Part shown: piece after piece, positions 9,870 through 19,040 of the stretch | Numbering within the stretch: the stretch's first letter is position 1 | How the letters are laid out: every line of letters begins with the position of its first letter | Assembly: GCA_022508425.1 (NCBI GenBank) | Contig: JAFLVF010000001.1 | Location: 11,440 to 75,439, forward strand | Length of the DNA stretch: 64,000 nt | Reading direction: 5' to 3' | Origin: Clostridiales bacterium | GTDB taxonomy: Bacteria; Bacillota; Clostridia; Christensenellales; Pumilibacteraceae | Program-made: the position numbers and the translations under genes | Notes under the pieces: model-generated | Seen by the model: only the letters and a program-made list of their open reading frames with translations | Database searches by the model: none | What the model was told of the DNA's origin: nothing

Positions 9870-10658
9870 ATGCTTTGGTGGCAAGCCATGGTTTTGGGGC
9901 TTGTACAAGGATTGACCGAGTTTCTGCCCGTGTCGTCGAGCGGGCATTTGATACTTGTAAGAGAACTCATGGGGCTTAATCAATCGGGCTCTTTTTTGCT
10001 GTTTGACGTTGTAGTCCACGTCGGGACATTGGTCGCGGTGCTTATAGTGCTGTACAAGGACGTAATCGCGCTGTTCAAGCGGCCGTTCAAGCGGCTCGGC
10101 ATGCTGATTGTAGCGACAATCCCCGCCGTTATAGTCGGGCTGACTTGCGAAGATTATATATCCGAATATTTCTCTACGGCGCAGTACATTTGCTTTTTCT
10201 TTCTGTTCACCGCTATAATCATGCTCGTCAGCGAGGTGGTCGCCAAGCACAACAAAGATCAAAAAGATCTCGGTTGGGGTAGCGCTATCGCAATGGGCGT
10301 CATGCAAGGCGTGGGTGTGTTCCCCGGCGTTTCGCGCTCGGGCTCTACCATATTCGGCGGAACAGTGACGGGTGCAAAGAGCAAGCAGATAGCGACGTTC
10401 TCGTTTCTGATGAGCATACCTGTAATTTTGGGATCGCTACTGTTCAGCATATTGGACGTAGGCAAGGCGGGCGCGCTCGGCAGTATAGATTGGTTTAGCT
10501 TGGGCGTCGGCGCGGTGACTGCGTTCGTGTCCGGATATCTCGCAATACGCATCATGCTTCGGCTTATATCCAAGGCCAATTACAAATGGTTTTCCGCGTA
10601 CTTGCTTGTCATATCGATATTGACTTTCGCATTTTACTTTCTTCCGGCAGTGAGATAA
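9870..10658 (+). CDS. uppP: Undecaprenyl-diphosphate phosphatase
   Basis: VQGLTEFLPVSSSGHL and PGVSRSGSTI motifs; start at GTG 9864 or ATG 9870. Confidence 0.95.
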   Translation: MLWWQAMVLGLVQGLTEFLPVSSSGHLILVRELMGLNQSGSFLLFDVVVHVGTLVAVLIVLYKDVIALFKRPFKRLGMLIVATIPAVIVGLTCEDYISEYFSTAQYICFFFLFTAIIMLVSEVVAKHNKDQKDLGWGSAIAMGVMQGVGVFPGVSRSGSTIFGGTVTGAKSKQIATFSFLMSIPVILGSLLFSILDVGKAGALGSIDWFSLGVGAVTAFVSGYLAIRIMLRLISKANYKWFSAYLLVISILTFAFYFLPAVR

Positions 10659-10719
10659 AAATCAAAAAGCACGGACAAAGTTAATATTTGTAACCCGTAT
10701 ATTTCCGCAGTCATATATA

Positions 10720-11802
10720 ATGTGTATGATTGCGGTTTTTTTTGGTGGAAGATCGTGCGAGCACGATATCAGCATCATTACGGGGCTTCAAACGCTGTCG
10801 GCGTGCAAGCGGCCGTGCGTAGGCGTGTATATCGGCACGGACGGCGTTTGGCGCACCAGCAACGAGTTTGACAGCGTCAACGCTGTGCGCAACGGGCGGT
10901 TTAAGGGTCGCGTAGTGCATATACGCCCGGACGAAAACTATCTGTATTGCGGCAACAAGAGGCTGTGCAAGATAGATGTCGCCGTCCTTTGCATGCACGG
11001 CATACTCGGCGAGGACGGGGCTTTGCAGGGCATGCTCGAAATGTGCGCAATCCCGTACACGGGTAGCGGCGTCGAGGCGTCGGCAATAGGCATGAACAAG
11101 CTTTTGTCCAAGCGCGTATTCGAGCGAGCGGGGCTTCCCGTCGTGCCCTATGCCTTGCTTAGACACGACGATTACACGAAGGACGCGCACGGCAGTGTAA
11201 AACCGATAATCGAGCAAATCGGATTTCCGCTGATAGTAAAGCCCAACAATCTCGGCAGTTCTATCGGCATAACGATAGCCAACAACATAAACGAATTGTA
11301 TAAGTCCGTGCGCGTAGCGTTTGAGTGGAGCGAAACCGTTATTATCGAAAAAGCGCTCAAAAATTTTACCGAGGTAAACTGCGCCGTGCTCGGCGACGGC
11401 TATAACGAAGTCATTGTATCGGACACCGAACAGCCCGTCGGGTGGAAGGAGTTTCTCACATTCAAGGATAAGTATTCGGGTGACGTAAAGTCGAACAAGC
11501 ACAAAATTCCCGCAGGTATTCCCGAAGAGCGAAACGACGAGGTCAAGTCGCTTGCGGTCAAAGTGTTTAACGCGGTAGGGTGTTCGGGCGTCGCGCGCAT
11601 AGACTTTATGCTGACAGAAAACGAGATTTTCGTCAATGAGATAAATACAATCCCGGGCTCTTTGTCAAGTCCGCTGTTTAGAAAAAGAATGGACTTTTCG
11701 GAGCTGATTGAACGGCTGATTGCCTATGCGGAACTGAAAAAAGCGCGTTTCGACCGCTTGAAACGCGTTTACACTCCGATAGAGCCGATAATAGGGAAGT
11801 AA
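10720..11802 (+). CDS. ddl: D-alanine--D-alanine ligase
   Basis: FGGRSCEHDIS, HGILGEDG, KPNNLGSSIGI, KDKY omega loop, NEINTIPG. Confidence 0.93.
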   Translation: MCMIAVFFGGRSCEHDISIITGLQTLSACKRPCVGVYIGTDGVWRTSNEFDSVNAVRNGRFKGRVVHIRPDENYLYCGNKRLCKIDVAVLCMHGILGEDGALQGMLEMCAIPYTGSGVEASAIGMNKLLSKRVFERAGLPVVPYALLRHDDYTKDAHGSVKPIIEQIGFPLIVKPNNLGSSIGITIANNINELYKSVRVAFEWSETVIIEKALKNFTEVNCAVLGDGYNEVIVSDTEQPVGWKEFLTFKDKYSGDVKSNKHKIPAGIPEERNDEVKSLAVKVFNAVGCSGVARIDFMLTENEIFVNEINTIPGSLSSPLFRKRMDFSELIERLIAYAELKKARFDRLKRVYTPIEPIIGK

Positions 11803-11940
11803 TTGCAATCTGTCGATACGTTTTCATGCGTATTTGCCAAATACATTTTTGTCGAAAAAAAAGTAATATGCGTGATTACGCTTTCATATAATCTACTGAT
11901 GCGTAACGCTATGGATTGTAGCGGCAAAAAGGAGATTATC

Positions 11941-13416
11941 ATGAAAAAGAAAATCACGGCTATTTTACTTGCGGCGACGGCGCTTTCTTCGGCGTTCGCT
12001 CTTACCGGGTGTTCATCGCACGAGGACAAGCGCAATACGGTATACGATATCGACGCAACATTGTCCGAGGACTATACTTTAGCTTGTTCGGTCACCTGCG
12101 ACTACGTCAACAACACCGACGTGCCGCTTTCCGAGCTGTGGTTTCACTTGTATCCCAATGCGTACAGAAACGGCGCGACGTACAGTCCCATTCCGGCGAG
12201 CAAAACGTATGTTGCTTATCCTGCCGGCAAGAGCTATTCGGTGCTCGATATTACAGATGTAGAGGTCAACGGCAATCCCGTCGACGTTGTGATTACAGGT
12301 ACGGACGAAAATATTCTGTCCGTAAGCCTGCCGTCCGCTATCGATCCGACGGATAGCGCGAAAATATCGATAGAGTACACAGTCAAGCTGCCCAACGTCA
12401 AACATCGCTTCGGGTATGCCGACAAGGTTGTCAATCTCGCCAATTTCTATCCGATAGCGTGCATGTATCGCGACGGCGCGTTTGTCGCCGATCCGTACTA
12501 TTCGACGGGCGATCCGTTCTTCAGCGACGTCGCCGATTACAACGTCAAACTGACGGCGCCGAGCAAGTATACCGGCGCGTTTACCGGCACTCTGACATCC
12601 AAAGCGGACGAGGGCGGCAACACTACTTACAATATCAAGGCGGACAACGTCCGCGACTTTGCGGCGGTGTTCGGCGAGTTCGAGAAGATGAGCGGAGTGG
12701 CGGGATCGACGATAGTCAACTATTTTTACACGACCGACAGCGAGCCCGAGAGGTCGCTCAACGCGGCTATTGACGCTATCAAGACGTTCGGGGATATGTT
12801 CGGCGCGTATGCCTATCCCGAATACTCGGTCGTTCAAACGTCGTTTATTCACGGCGGAATGGAGTATCCCGGGCTTTCCATGATATCGGACGCGTACAAA
12901 GGCGACCCGTATATCGATATCATAGTGCACGAAACGGCACACCAGTGGTGGTATGCTGCGGTCGGTAACGACGAGGTGCGCAACGCCTGGCTGGACGAAG
13001 GGCTTACCGAGTATTCTACAATGCTGTTCTATCAGGAAAATACCGAAGGGTATGCCTATACCTTCGACAGCAAGCGCGCGGACGCATTGACGGCGTACAT
13101 GCTTTACTGCGAGACGTACAAACATAACGGTCTCGACGATATATCGATGACGCGCGCTATCAACGAGTACGAGGACGACACCGAATATTCGTACATGATT
13201 TACGTAAAGGGCGCGCTCATGCTCGACGATGTCAGAAACACCGTCGGCGACGCGGCGTTTATGCAGGCGCTCAAAAATTACTATGCAGACAACAAGTTCG
13301 CCATTGCCGAGCCGCAAAACCTGATAGGCGCTATGGAAAACGCGTCGCACCGCAAACTCGAGGGTTTGTTCAACGCCTGGCTTGACGGCAACGTCAAGCT
13401 GTACGGCGGAAAATAG
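11941..13416 (+). CDS. M1-family zinc aminopeptidase, lipoprotein
   Basis: Signal peptide with lipobox LTGC after an AGGAG RBS; GGMEYP, HETAHQWW, WLDEGL and YVKGA motifs intact. Confidence 0.9.
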   Translation: MKKKITAILLAATALSSAFALTGCSSHEDKRNTVYDIDATLSEDYTLACSVTCDYVNNTDVPLSELWFHLYPNAYRNGATYSPIPASKTYVAYPAGKSYSVLDITDVEVNGNPVDVVITGTDENILSVSLPSAIDPTDSAKISIEYTVKLPNVKHRFGYADKVVNLANFYPIACMYRDGAFVADPYYSTGDPFFSDVADYNVKLTAPSKYTGAFTGTLTSKADEGGNTTYNIKADNVRDFAAVFGEFEKMSGVAGSTIVNYFYTTDSEPERSLNAAIDAIKTFGDMFGAYAYPEYSVVQTSFIHGGMEYPGLSMISDAYKGDPYIDIIVHETAHQWWYAAVGNDEVRNAWLDEGLTEYSTMLFYQENTEGYAYTFDSKRADALTAYMLYCETYKHNGLDDISMTRAINEYEDDTEYSYMIYVKGALMLDDVRNTVGDAAFMQALKNYYADNKFAIAEPQNLIGAMENASHRKLEGLFNAWLDGNVKLYGGK

Positions 13417-13430
13417 AGGGAAATTGCGAA

Positions 13431-13496
13431 GTTATGCACTTATGCACAAAGTTATGAACAATGCGTTGTGCAAACAATGTGCATGATGTGCATAAC
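13431..13496. promoter_or_regulatory. Symmetric cluster of six DnaA-box-like 9-mers
   Basis: Forward: ttatgcact, ttatgcaca, ttatgaaca. Reverse: tgtgcaaac, tgtgcatga, tgtgcataa. Two match TTWTNCACA exactly. Confidence 0.55.
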
Positions 13497-13522
13497 TGTA
13501 CGACATCACGGGATTTGCGATT

Positions 13523-14215
13523 ATGGCGTTTGTAACGGTAAGAAAGAGAACATTGATTATAATATTGTCGGTAGTGATTGCAATCGTCGCGGTAGTGGCG
13601 ACGGCGGCGGCGGTGATAACGGCGGCGCGTGCCGACAACGGCATTACGATAGTCATTGACGCCGGGCACGGCGGCATTGACGGTGGGGTTGTAGGTGTAA
13701 AAACGGGCACTAAGGAAAGCGATATCAACCTATCCATTTCCAACTATTTGATGAAATACTTTAAGGACGCCGGCTACAACGTCGTTATGACGCGGAACGA
13801 TTCGGGCGCTGCGATGAGCGGGCTCAAGTATAACAAGCGCGAGGATATGCGAGCGCGCCGCGATGTTGTCGAGCGCGCCGCACCCGACCTTGTAATCAGC
13901 GTGCACTGCAATTCGTACCCGCAGGGCAGTGTCAACGGGGCGCAGGCATTTTACTCGTCGGGCGCGTCGGTCGGCAAGCAGTATGCGGAAGTTTTGCAAA
14001 GCTATTTTAACGATACTCTCAATTCCAAGCCGCGCTCGGCGGCCGTCGGAGACTACTACATACTCAATTGCACCGAATACCCGTCGGTGCTGTGCGAGTG
14101 CGGGTTTCTGTCAAACGCTCAAGAAGAGGCAAAGCTTACCACCGCGAGCTACCAAGAAAAGGTTGCATATACGATATTTTCGGCTGTCAATTCCGTTTTC
14201 TACGACAAAGCGTAA
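13523..14215 (+). CDS. N-acetylmuramoyl-L-alanine amidase (Amidase_3, CwlD-like)
   Basis: N-terminal TM anchor; IDAGHGG, ESDINL, SVHCNS and LCECGFLSN Zn/catalytic motifs. Confidence 0.9.
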   Translation: MAFVTVRKRTLIIILSVVIAIVAVVATAAAVITAARADNGITIVIDAGHGGIDGGVVGVKTGTKESDINLSISNYLMKYFKDAGYNVVMTRNDSGAAMSGLKYNKREDMRARRDVVERAAPDLVISVHCNSYPQGSVNGAQAFYSSGASVGKQYAEVLQSYFNDTLNSKPRSAAVGDYYILNCTEYPSVLCECGFLSNAQEEAKLTTASYQEKVAYTIFSAVNSVFYDKA

Positions 14216-14253
14216 GCGCGTCGAAATATACGCTCGAAACATTATATTTATGC

Positions 14254-14282
14254 TTGCAAAAATTTCCGCGGTATGGTACAAT
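14254..14282 (+). promoter_or_regulatory. sigmaA promoter of the aro operon
   Basis: TTGCAA-17 bp-TACAAT with an extended TG. Confidence 0.65.
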
Positions 14283-14320
14283 TGATTAGGGAAAAGCCGC
14301 CGCGAAAAAAGCTTTCTTTC

Positions 14321-14363
14321 GTCGTAATCGTCGGTTTGTCCGACGGTTGCGGCGTTTTGTTTT
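14321..14363 (+). terminator. Terminator-like hairpin inside the aro 5' leader
   Basis: gtcgtaatcgtcgg/ccgacggttgcggc 14-bp stem (with G-U pairs) followed by GTTTTGTTTT. Confidence 0.55.
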
Positions 14364-14425
14364 AGAGATACGGCGGCAGGGCACAACATGCGCTTACAAC
14401 GAGCGCACTGTGAGGTGAAAAACGC

Positions 14426-15586
14426 ATGGCGGTGATAAAATACATTACGGCGGGCGAGTCGCACGGCAAAATGCTCGTCGGCATAATCTCGGGTATTCCC
14501 GCAGGACTGCGTATCGACGGCAGCTTTGTCGACGGCGAATTAGGCCGCCGCATGCAGGGTTTCGGGCGTGGCGGCAGAATGAAGATAGAGCGCGACAGAG
14601 CCGAGTTTGTAACGGGCGTTCGCGCGCATTATTCCATCGGCAGTCCTATTACCGCCGTTATTTACAATAAGGATTTCGACAATTGGTCGAACGCAATGGG
14701 CGAAAATGCCGCGGCCGAGGCAATGGAAGCAAAACGCGTCACGGCGGTGCGCCCCGGGCATGCCGACCTGTCGGGGGCCGTTAAATACGGCTTTACCGAC
14801 GCGCGCAATGTTTTGGAGCGCGCTTCCGCGCGTGAAACGGCAATGCGAGTAGCGCTCGGCGCCGTCGCCAAACTTTACTTAAAATCGCTCGGCATAGAGA
14901 TTGCAAGCCACACCGTATCGATAGGAAACATTACGGCCAAAGCGTGCTCGGACTATTCGGACATAAACGCGCGAGCGGACGGCGACGCAGTGCGCTGTCT
15001 CGACGGCGACGCGTCCGAGAAAATGGTAGAGGCTATTAAAAGCGCGGCGGAAGATGGCGACACTCTCGGCGGCGTGGTAGAAGTGGTGGTGACCGGGTGC
15101 AAGTCGGGCATAGGCAGTTACGTAGGCGAAGACAAAAAACTCGACGGTATAATCATGCGTGAGGTCGGATGCGTTCAGTCGATTAAGGCGGTCGAGATCG
15201 GGCGAGGCATTGAGAATGCTTCTTTGCGCGGTAGCGAAGTGCACGACGAGATATATCCGTGCGGCAAGCATTATATGCGCAAGACAAACCGCGCGGGCGG
15301 CGTCGAGGGCGGAATGACCAACGGCGAGAATATTATAGTCCGTGCGTATTGCAAGCCCATCCCGACATTGATGAAAGAGCTGAACACCGTAGATATTTCC
15401 TCGTATGAGGCGGTAAAGGCGGCGGCGGAACGCAGTGATGTGTGCGCGGTGCCTGCGATAGGCGTAGTGTGCGAAAGTGCGGTTGCGCTCGGGTTATGCG
15501 AGGCTTTATCGGATATGTTGGGCGGAGACACCATGCAAGAGGTTGTCGAGCGTTACGAGAATAAGGAGAGCAGTCATGAACAGTAA
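14426..15586 (+). CDS. aroC: Chorismate synthase
   Basis: TAGESHG, RPGHAD, ERASARETA, GGVEGGMTNG, KPIPT, ERSDVC. Confidence 0.97.
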   Translation: MAVIKYITAGESHGKMLVGIISGIPAGLRIDGSFVDGELGRRMQGFGRGGRMKIERDRAEFVTGVRAHYSIGSPITAVIYNKDFDNWSNAMGENAAAEAMEAKRVTAVRPGHADLSGAVKYGFTDARNVLERASARETAMRVALGAVAKLYLKSLGIEIASHTVSIGNITAKACSDYSDINARADGDAVRCLDGDASEKMVEAIKSAAEDGDTLGGVVEVVVTGCKSGIGSYVGEDKKLDGIIMREVGCVQSIKAVEIGRGIENASLRGSEVHDEIYPCGKHYMRKTNRAGGVEGGMTNGENIIVRAYCKPIPTLMKELNTVDISSYEAVKAAAERSDVCAVPAIGVVCESAVALGLCEALSDMLGGDTMQEVVERYENKESSHEQ

Positions 15587-16571
15587 TATTTACTGCGGGC
15601 AAAACGCAATGGAGGACGTTGTAAACGCGCTTGATTTTTGCTCGTTTAAGGTTACCGATTCCAATATAGCGAAGCTGTATCCCGAGCTCACTGCGGGCGC
15701 ATACGTTATCCCCGCGGGCGAGAAGAGCAAGTCGCCCGAAATGCTGTTTAATATCCTCGCCAAGATGCAGGAGAGCAACGTCAAGCGCGGCGACAGAATA
15801 GCGTCTATAGGCGGCGGCGTTGTCAGCGACATCACCGGACTTGCCGCTTCGCTGTATATGCGCGGCGTGGAGTGGACCAATATTCCGACGAGCTTGATGG
15901 CGATGGTGGACGCCGGCATAGGCGGCAAGACTGCTATCGATTTCTGCGGAATCAAGAATTTGGTCGGCACATACCATAAGCCCGTCCAGATAGTGATTAA
16001 TACCGATTTTTTATCGACGTTGCCAGAGCGCGAGTGGGTTTGCGGCGCGGGCGAGCTGATCAAGACGTGCCTATTGTCCGAAGACGCATACCGCGAGCTG
16101 TACGATAAGCTGGGTGGATTCAGGGCTAAGAAGCCCGACTACGTGTATGCGCTGATTTCGCGTTGCGTGGAGATAAAGAACGCTGTGGTCGTCGCCGATC
16201 CCAAAGAACAAAATCTTCGAAAGATACTCAACGTCGGCCACACCGTCGGACATGCGCTCGAGAGCGCCGACAATTACAAGCTAAGCCACGGCGAGTACGT
16301 GCTGAAGGGCATGATGACCGAAGCGGCTATGTGCAAGGACATAATCGAGCCCAAATTCTACAGACAGCTGTTGGAAATGACGCGGTGCTTTACGTCCGCG
16401 CCGAGGACGACTGCCAACGTCGTTTTGGAAAAGGCGACGCACGACAAGAAGAACGTCGGCTCGACGATTACGCTGATGGTTCCCGCTTCGTATGCGAACG
16501 TGATGGAAGTGCGTATGGAAACAAAAGACTTTATCGAGCGCTACAATCAAGCGATAAAGGAGCTTCGCTGA
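15576..16571 (+). CDS. aroB: 3-dehydroquinate synthase
   Basis: GEKSKS, GGGVVSDITG, PTSLMAMVDAGIGGKTAI, KNLVG, LNVGHTVGHALE, HGE; ATG 15576 follows an AAGGAG RBS. Confidence 0.95.
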   Translation: MNSNIYCGQNAMEDVVNALDFCSFKVTDSNIAKLYPELTAGAYVIPAGEKSKSPEMLFNILAKMQESNVKRGDRIASIGGGVVSDITGLAASLYMRGVEWTNIPTSLMAMVDAGIGGKTAIDFCGIKNLVGTYHKPVQIVINTDFLSTLPEREWVCGAGELIKTCLLSEDAYRELYDKLGGFRAKKPDYVYALISRCVEIKNAVVVADPKEQNLRKILNVGHTVGHALESADNYKLSHGEYVLKGMMTEAAMCKDIIEPKFYRQLLEMTRCFTSAPRTTANVVLEKATHDKKNVGSTITLMVPASYANVMEVRMETKDFIERYNQAIKELR

Positions 16572-17824
16572 TGAGCGACGTTTCGGTCAGGAAAATACAT
16601 TCTTACGACCGCGTTGTCGAGTGCATGAGCGACAAGAGTATTTCCATCCGCGCGGTGCTGTTCAATGCGTTTGCCGTCGGCGGAAGGGTGCGAATAGACA
16701 ACCTATTGCTGAGCGACGACGTTTTGTCCGCCGTCGATTGCGCAAAGCGGCTGGGAGCGAGGATAGAGCTCGACGGCAACAGCGCGTACATAGAGGGCGC
16801 GCCATTTGCCTCCTGCGAGCTCGATTGCGGCAATTCGGGAACGACCGCCAGGCTGTTGACGGGGCTACTTGCGGGGCTTAACGGAACGTTTACTATTACG
16901 GGCGACAAATCGCTGTCGTCGCGACCGATGAAGAGAGTGACCGACCCGCTTAAAATGATGGGCGCGGACATAGTAGATACCGACGGGCATTTGCCGCTAA
17001 CCGTCCACGGCGCACCGTTGCACGGTATCGAGTACAAAATGCCGGTGGCTTCCGCGCAGGTCAAGAGCGCGATTATGCTTGCGGCTATCAACGCCGTCGG
17101 CACGACTACGATAATCGAGCCCACAAAATCGCGCGACCACAGCGAGAACATGCTATGCGCCATGAACGGAAACGTTAAGGTGGACGGCGACAGAATAGAA
17201 ATAGGTCGGAGCATTATTCACAGTCAATATTTTACTGTGCCGGGCGACATATCGTCGGCGGCTTTCCCAATCTGTCTTGCGCTCGCTTCGGGTGGAAAGT
17301 GCGTGGTGAAAAACGTCGGCATAAACAAAACGCGCACAGGCATACTCGACGTGCTCGAAAATATGGGCGCAAATATAAAATATTCTAACGTCGTAAACAC
17401 GGCGGAGCCGTCGGCTGATATCACGGTCGTCGGAGACGGGAAACTAAAGCCATTCGTTATAGACGGCGACATCGTTCCCCGTCTTGTCGACGAAATTCCC
17501 GTACTGTGCGCGCTTGCTTGCTTTGTAGACGGAGTGAGCGTTGTAAAAGGCGCAGGCGAGCTCAAGGTCAAAGAGACCGACAGGATTGCGACGGTTACGG
17601 CCGCGCTTTCCGCTCTCGGCGCAGACATTGTTCCGACTGATGACGGCATGATTATCCATGGCGGAAAGAAACTCAAATTCGGCGTAGTGGACCCCAAACT
17701 CGACCACCGTATAGCGATGGCGGCGGCTGTAGCGGGCGCGGCGGGAGAGGGCGTCAAGATACTTGACGGCGACTGCGTTTCGGTCAGTTATCCCAACTTT
17801 TACAAAGAGGTGATCGGTGATTAA
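16571..17824 (+). CDS. aroA: 3-phosphoshikimate 1-carboxyvinyltransferase (EPSP synthase)
   Basis: DKSISIRA, CGNSGTTARL, ASAQVKSA, RDHSE, KETDRI, DHRIAM; ATG overlaps the aroB stop (TGATG). Confidence 0.96.
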   Translation: MSDVSVRKIHSYDRVVECMSDKSISIRAVLFNAFAVGGRVRIDNLLLSDDVLSAVDCAKRLGARIELDGNSAYIEGAPFASCELDCGNSGTTARLLTGLLAGLNGTFTITGDKSLSSRPMKRVTDPLKMMGADIVDTDGHLPLTVHGAPLHGIEYKMPVASAQVKSAIMLAAINAVGTTTIIEPTKSRDHSENMLCAMNGNVKVDGDRIEIGRSIIHSQYFTVPGDISSAAFPICLALASGGKCVVKNVGINKTRTGILDVLENMGANIKYSNVVNTAEPSADITVVGDGKLKPFVIDGDIVPRLVDEIPVLCALACFVDGVSVVKGAGELKVKETDRIATVTAALSALGADIVPTDDGMIIHGGKKLKFGVVDPKLDHRIAMAAAVAGAAGEGVKILDGDCVSVSYPNFYKEVIGD

Positions 17825-18602
17825 ATCGGCACTGCTCGGCAGAGATATATCATATACATTGTCGCCCAAGGTCCATGCGGAAATCGCGCGGGCGCTGAAC
17901 GAGGAAATGAGCTTTGACGTGTTCGACGTGACGGTAGACGAGCTGTCGGGAGCTGTCAAAAACTTGCTTAAAACTTACGACTGCTTTTATATCACCAAGC
18001 CGTACAAAACCGATATGATAAATTTCGTGCGCGAGCTAAAGACGGACGTCGGCGTAAACTTCGTAATATCGCGCGGCGCGGTGGGGTACAACACCGACGG
18101 CATGGGATTTATCAGCGCGCTCGACAAGAGGTTTACCGATTGGCGCGACAATGTAATCGCAGTGCTCGTTCTCGGCGCGGGTGGCGCGGCGTACGCCGTG
18201 ACGGAAGCGCTGATCAAGTCGGGCAAAAAGGTGTATATCCTCAACCGCACGGCACTTTCCGCCGCAAAGCTGTGCAAGAAGCTGGGCGCCGAGCTGTATC
18301 TCAATCAGCCAGCCGAAATGATAGTCAACTGCACGAGCGCGGGACTGCACGGCGAGGATATACTCAACAATCTTTGCATACTTCCCGAATTCGAATACGC
18401 ATACGATTTGATTTATTCGCCCGAGGTCACGCCTTTTTTGCGCAGAATGAAGGATGCGGGAGCAAAAGTGTGTAACGGCAGCGACATGCTGATTTTCCAG
18501 GCGATAGAGGGCGATAAGATTGCGTTCGGGATAACTACGGACACGCAGAAGATTTTTTCGATGGTCGAACCCAAGTTAGCCGATATTTTCAAAAATAAAT
18601 AA
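17817..18602 (+). CDS. aroE: Shikimate dehydrogenase
   Basis: TLSPKVH, TKPYK, GYNTDG, LGAGGAA, NRT, DLIYSP, QA motifs. Confidence 0.92.
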   Translation: MIKSALLGRDISYTLSPKVHAEIARALNEEMSFDVFDVTVDELSGAVKNLLKTYDCFYITKPYKTDMINFVRELKTDVGVNFVISRGAVGYNTDGMGFISALDKRFTDWRDNVIAVLVLGAGGAAYAVTEALIKSGKKVYILNRTALSAAKLCKKLGAELYLNQPAEMIVNCTSAGLHGEDILNNLCILPEFEYAYDLIYSPEVTPFLRRMKDAGAKVCNGSDMLIFQAIEGDKIAFGITTDTQKIFSMVEPKLADIFKNK

Positions 18603-18617
18603 GCGTGGAGGAAAAAC

Positions 18618-19040
18618 ATGAAAATACTTGTTCTCAACGGCGTAAATATCAATATGACGGGAAAGCGCGAGGAGGTGTACGGCAGTGAAACACTCGACAG
18701 CATCAACGCGAGACTCGGTAAGTTTATCGAAGAGCGCGGCGGCACGCCCGAGTTTTTCCAGTCAAACAGCGAGGGAGCGATAGTCGACAGACTTCAGCAG
18801 GGCGGATTCGACGCGCTCATTATCAACGCCGGCGCATACACGCATTACTCGTACGCAATAGCCGACGCGCTGTACTCGGTAAAAGCGAGGAAGATCGAAG
18901 TGCATATTTCCAATATTCTCGCGCGCGAAGAGTTCAGGCAAAAGAGCGTTATTTCCAAAAACTGCGACGGCTGTATAACGGGATTCGGCGCCGACGTGTA
19001 CTTCATGGCTGCAGACTATTTGCTGTGGAAAAAGGACTGA
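18618..19040 (+). CDS. aroQ: Type II 3-dehydroquinate dehydratase
   Basis: LNGVNINMTGKRE-VYG, QSNSEG, NAGAYTH, EVHISN...REEFR. Confidence 0.95.
   Translation: MKILVLNGVNINMTGKREEVYGSETLDSINARLGKFIEERGGTPEFFQSNSEGAIVDRLQQGGFDALIINAGAYTHYSYAIADALYSVKARKIEVHISNILAREEFRQKSVISKNCDGCITGFGADVYFMAADYLLWKKD

Noticed and set aside
10720-11802. VanA/B-type or D-Ala-D-Lac ligase
   Set aside because: The omega loop has KY (Tyr), typical of D-Ala-D-Ala ligases, and there are no van genes nearby.
13431-13496. Replication origin oriC
   Set aside because: No dnaA, dnaN, rpmH or gidA context and no adjacent AT-rich unwinding element; kept only as a box cluster.
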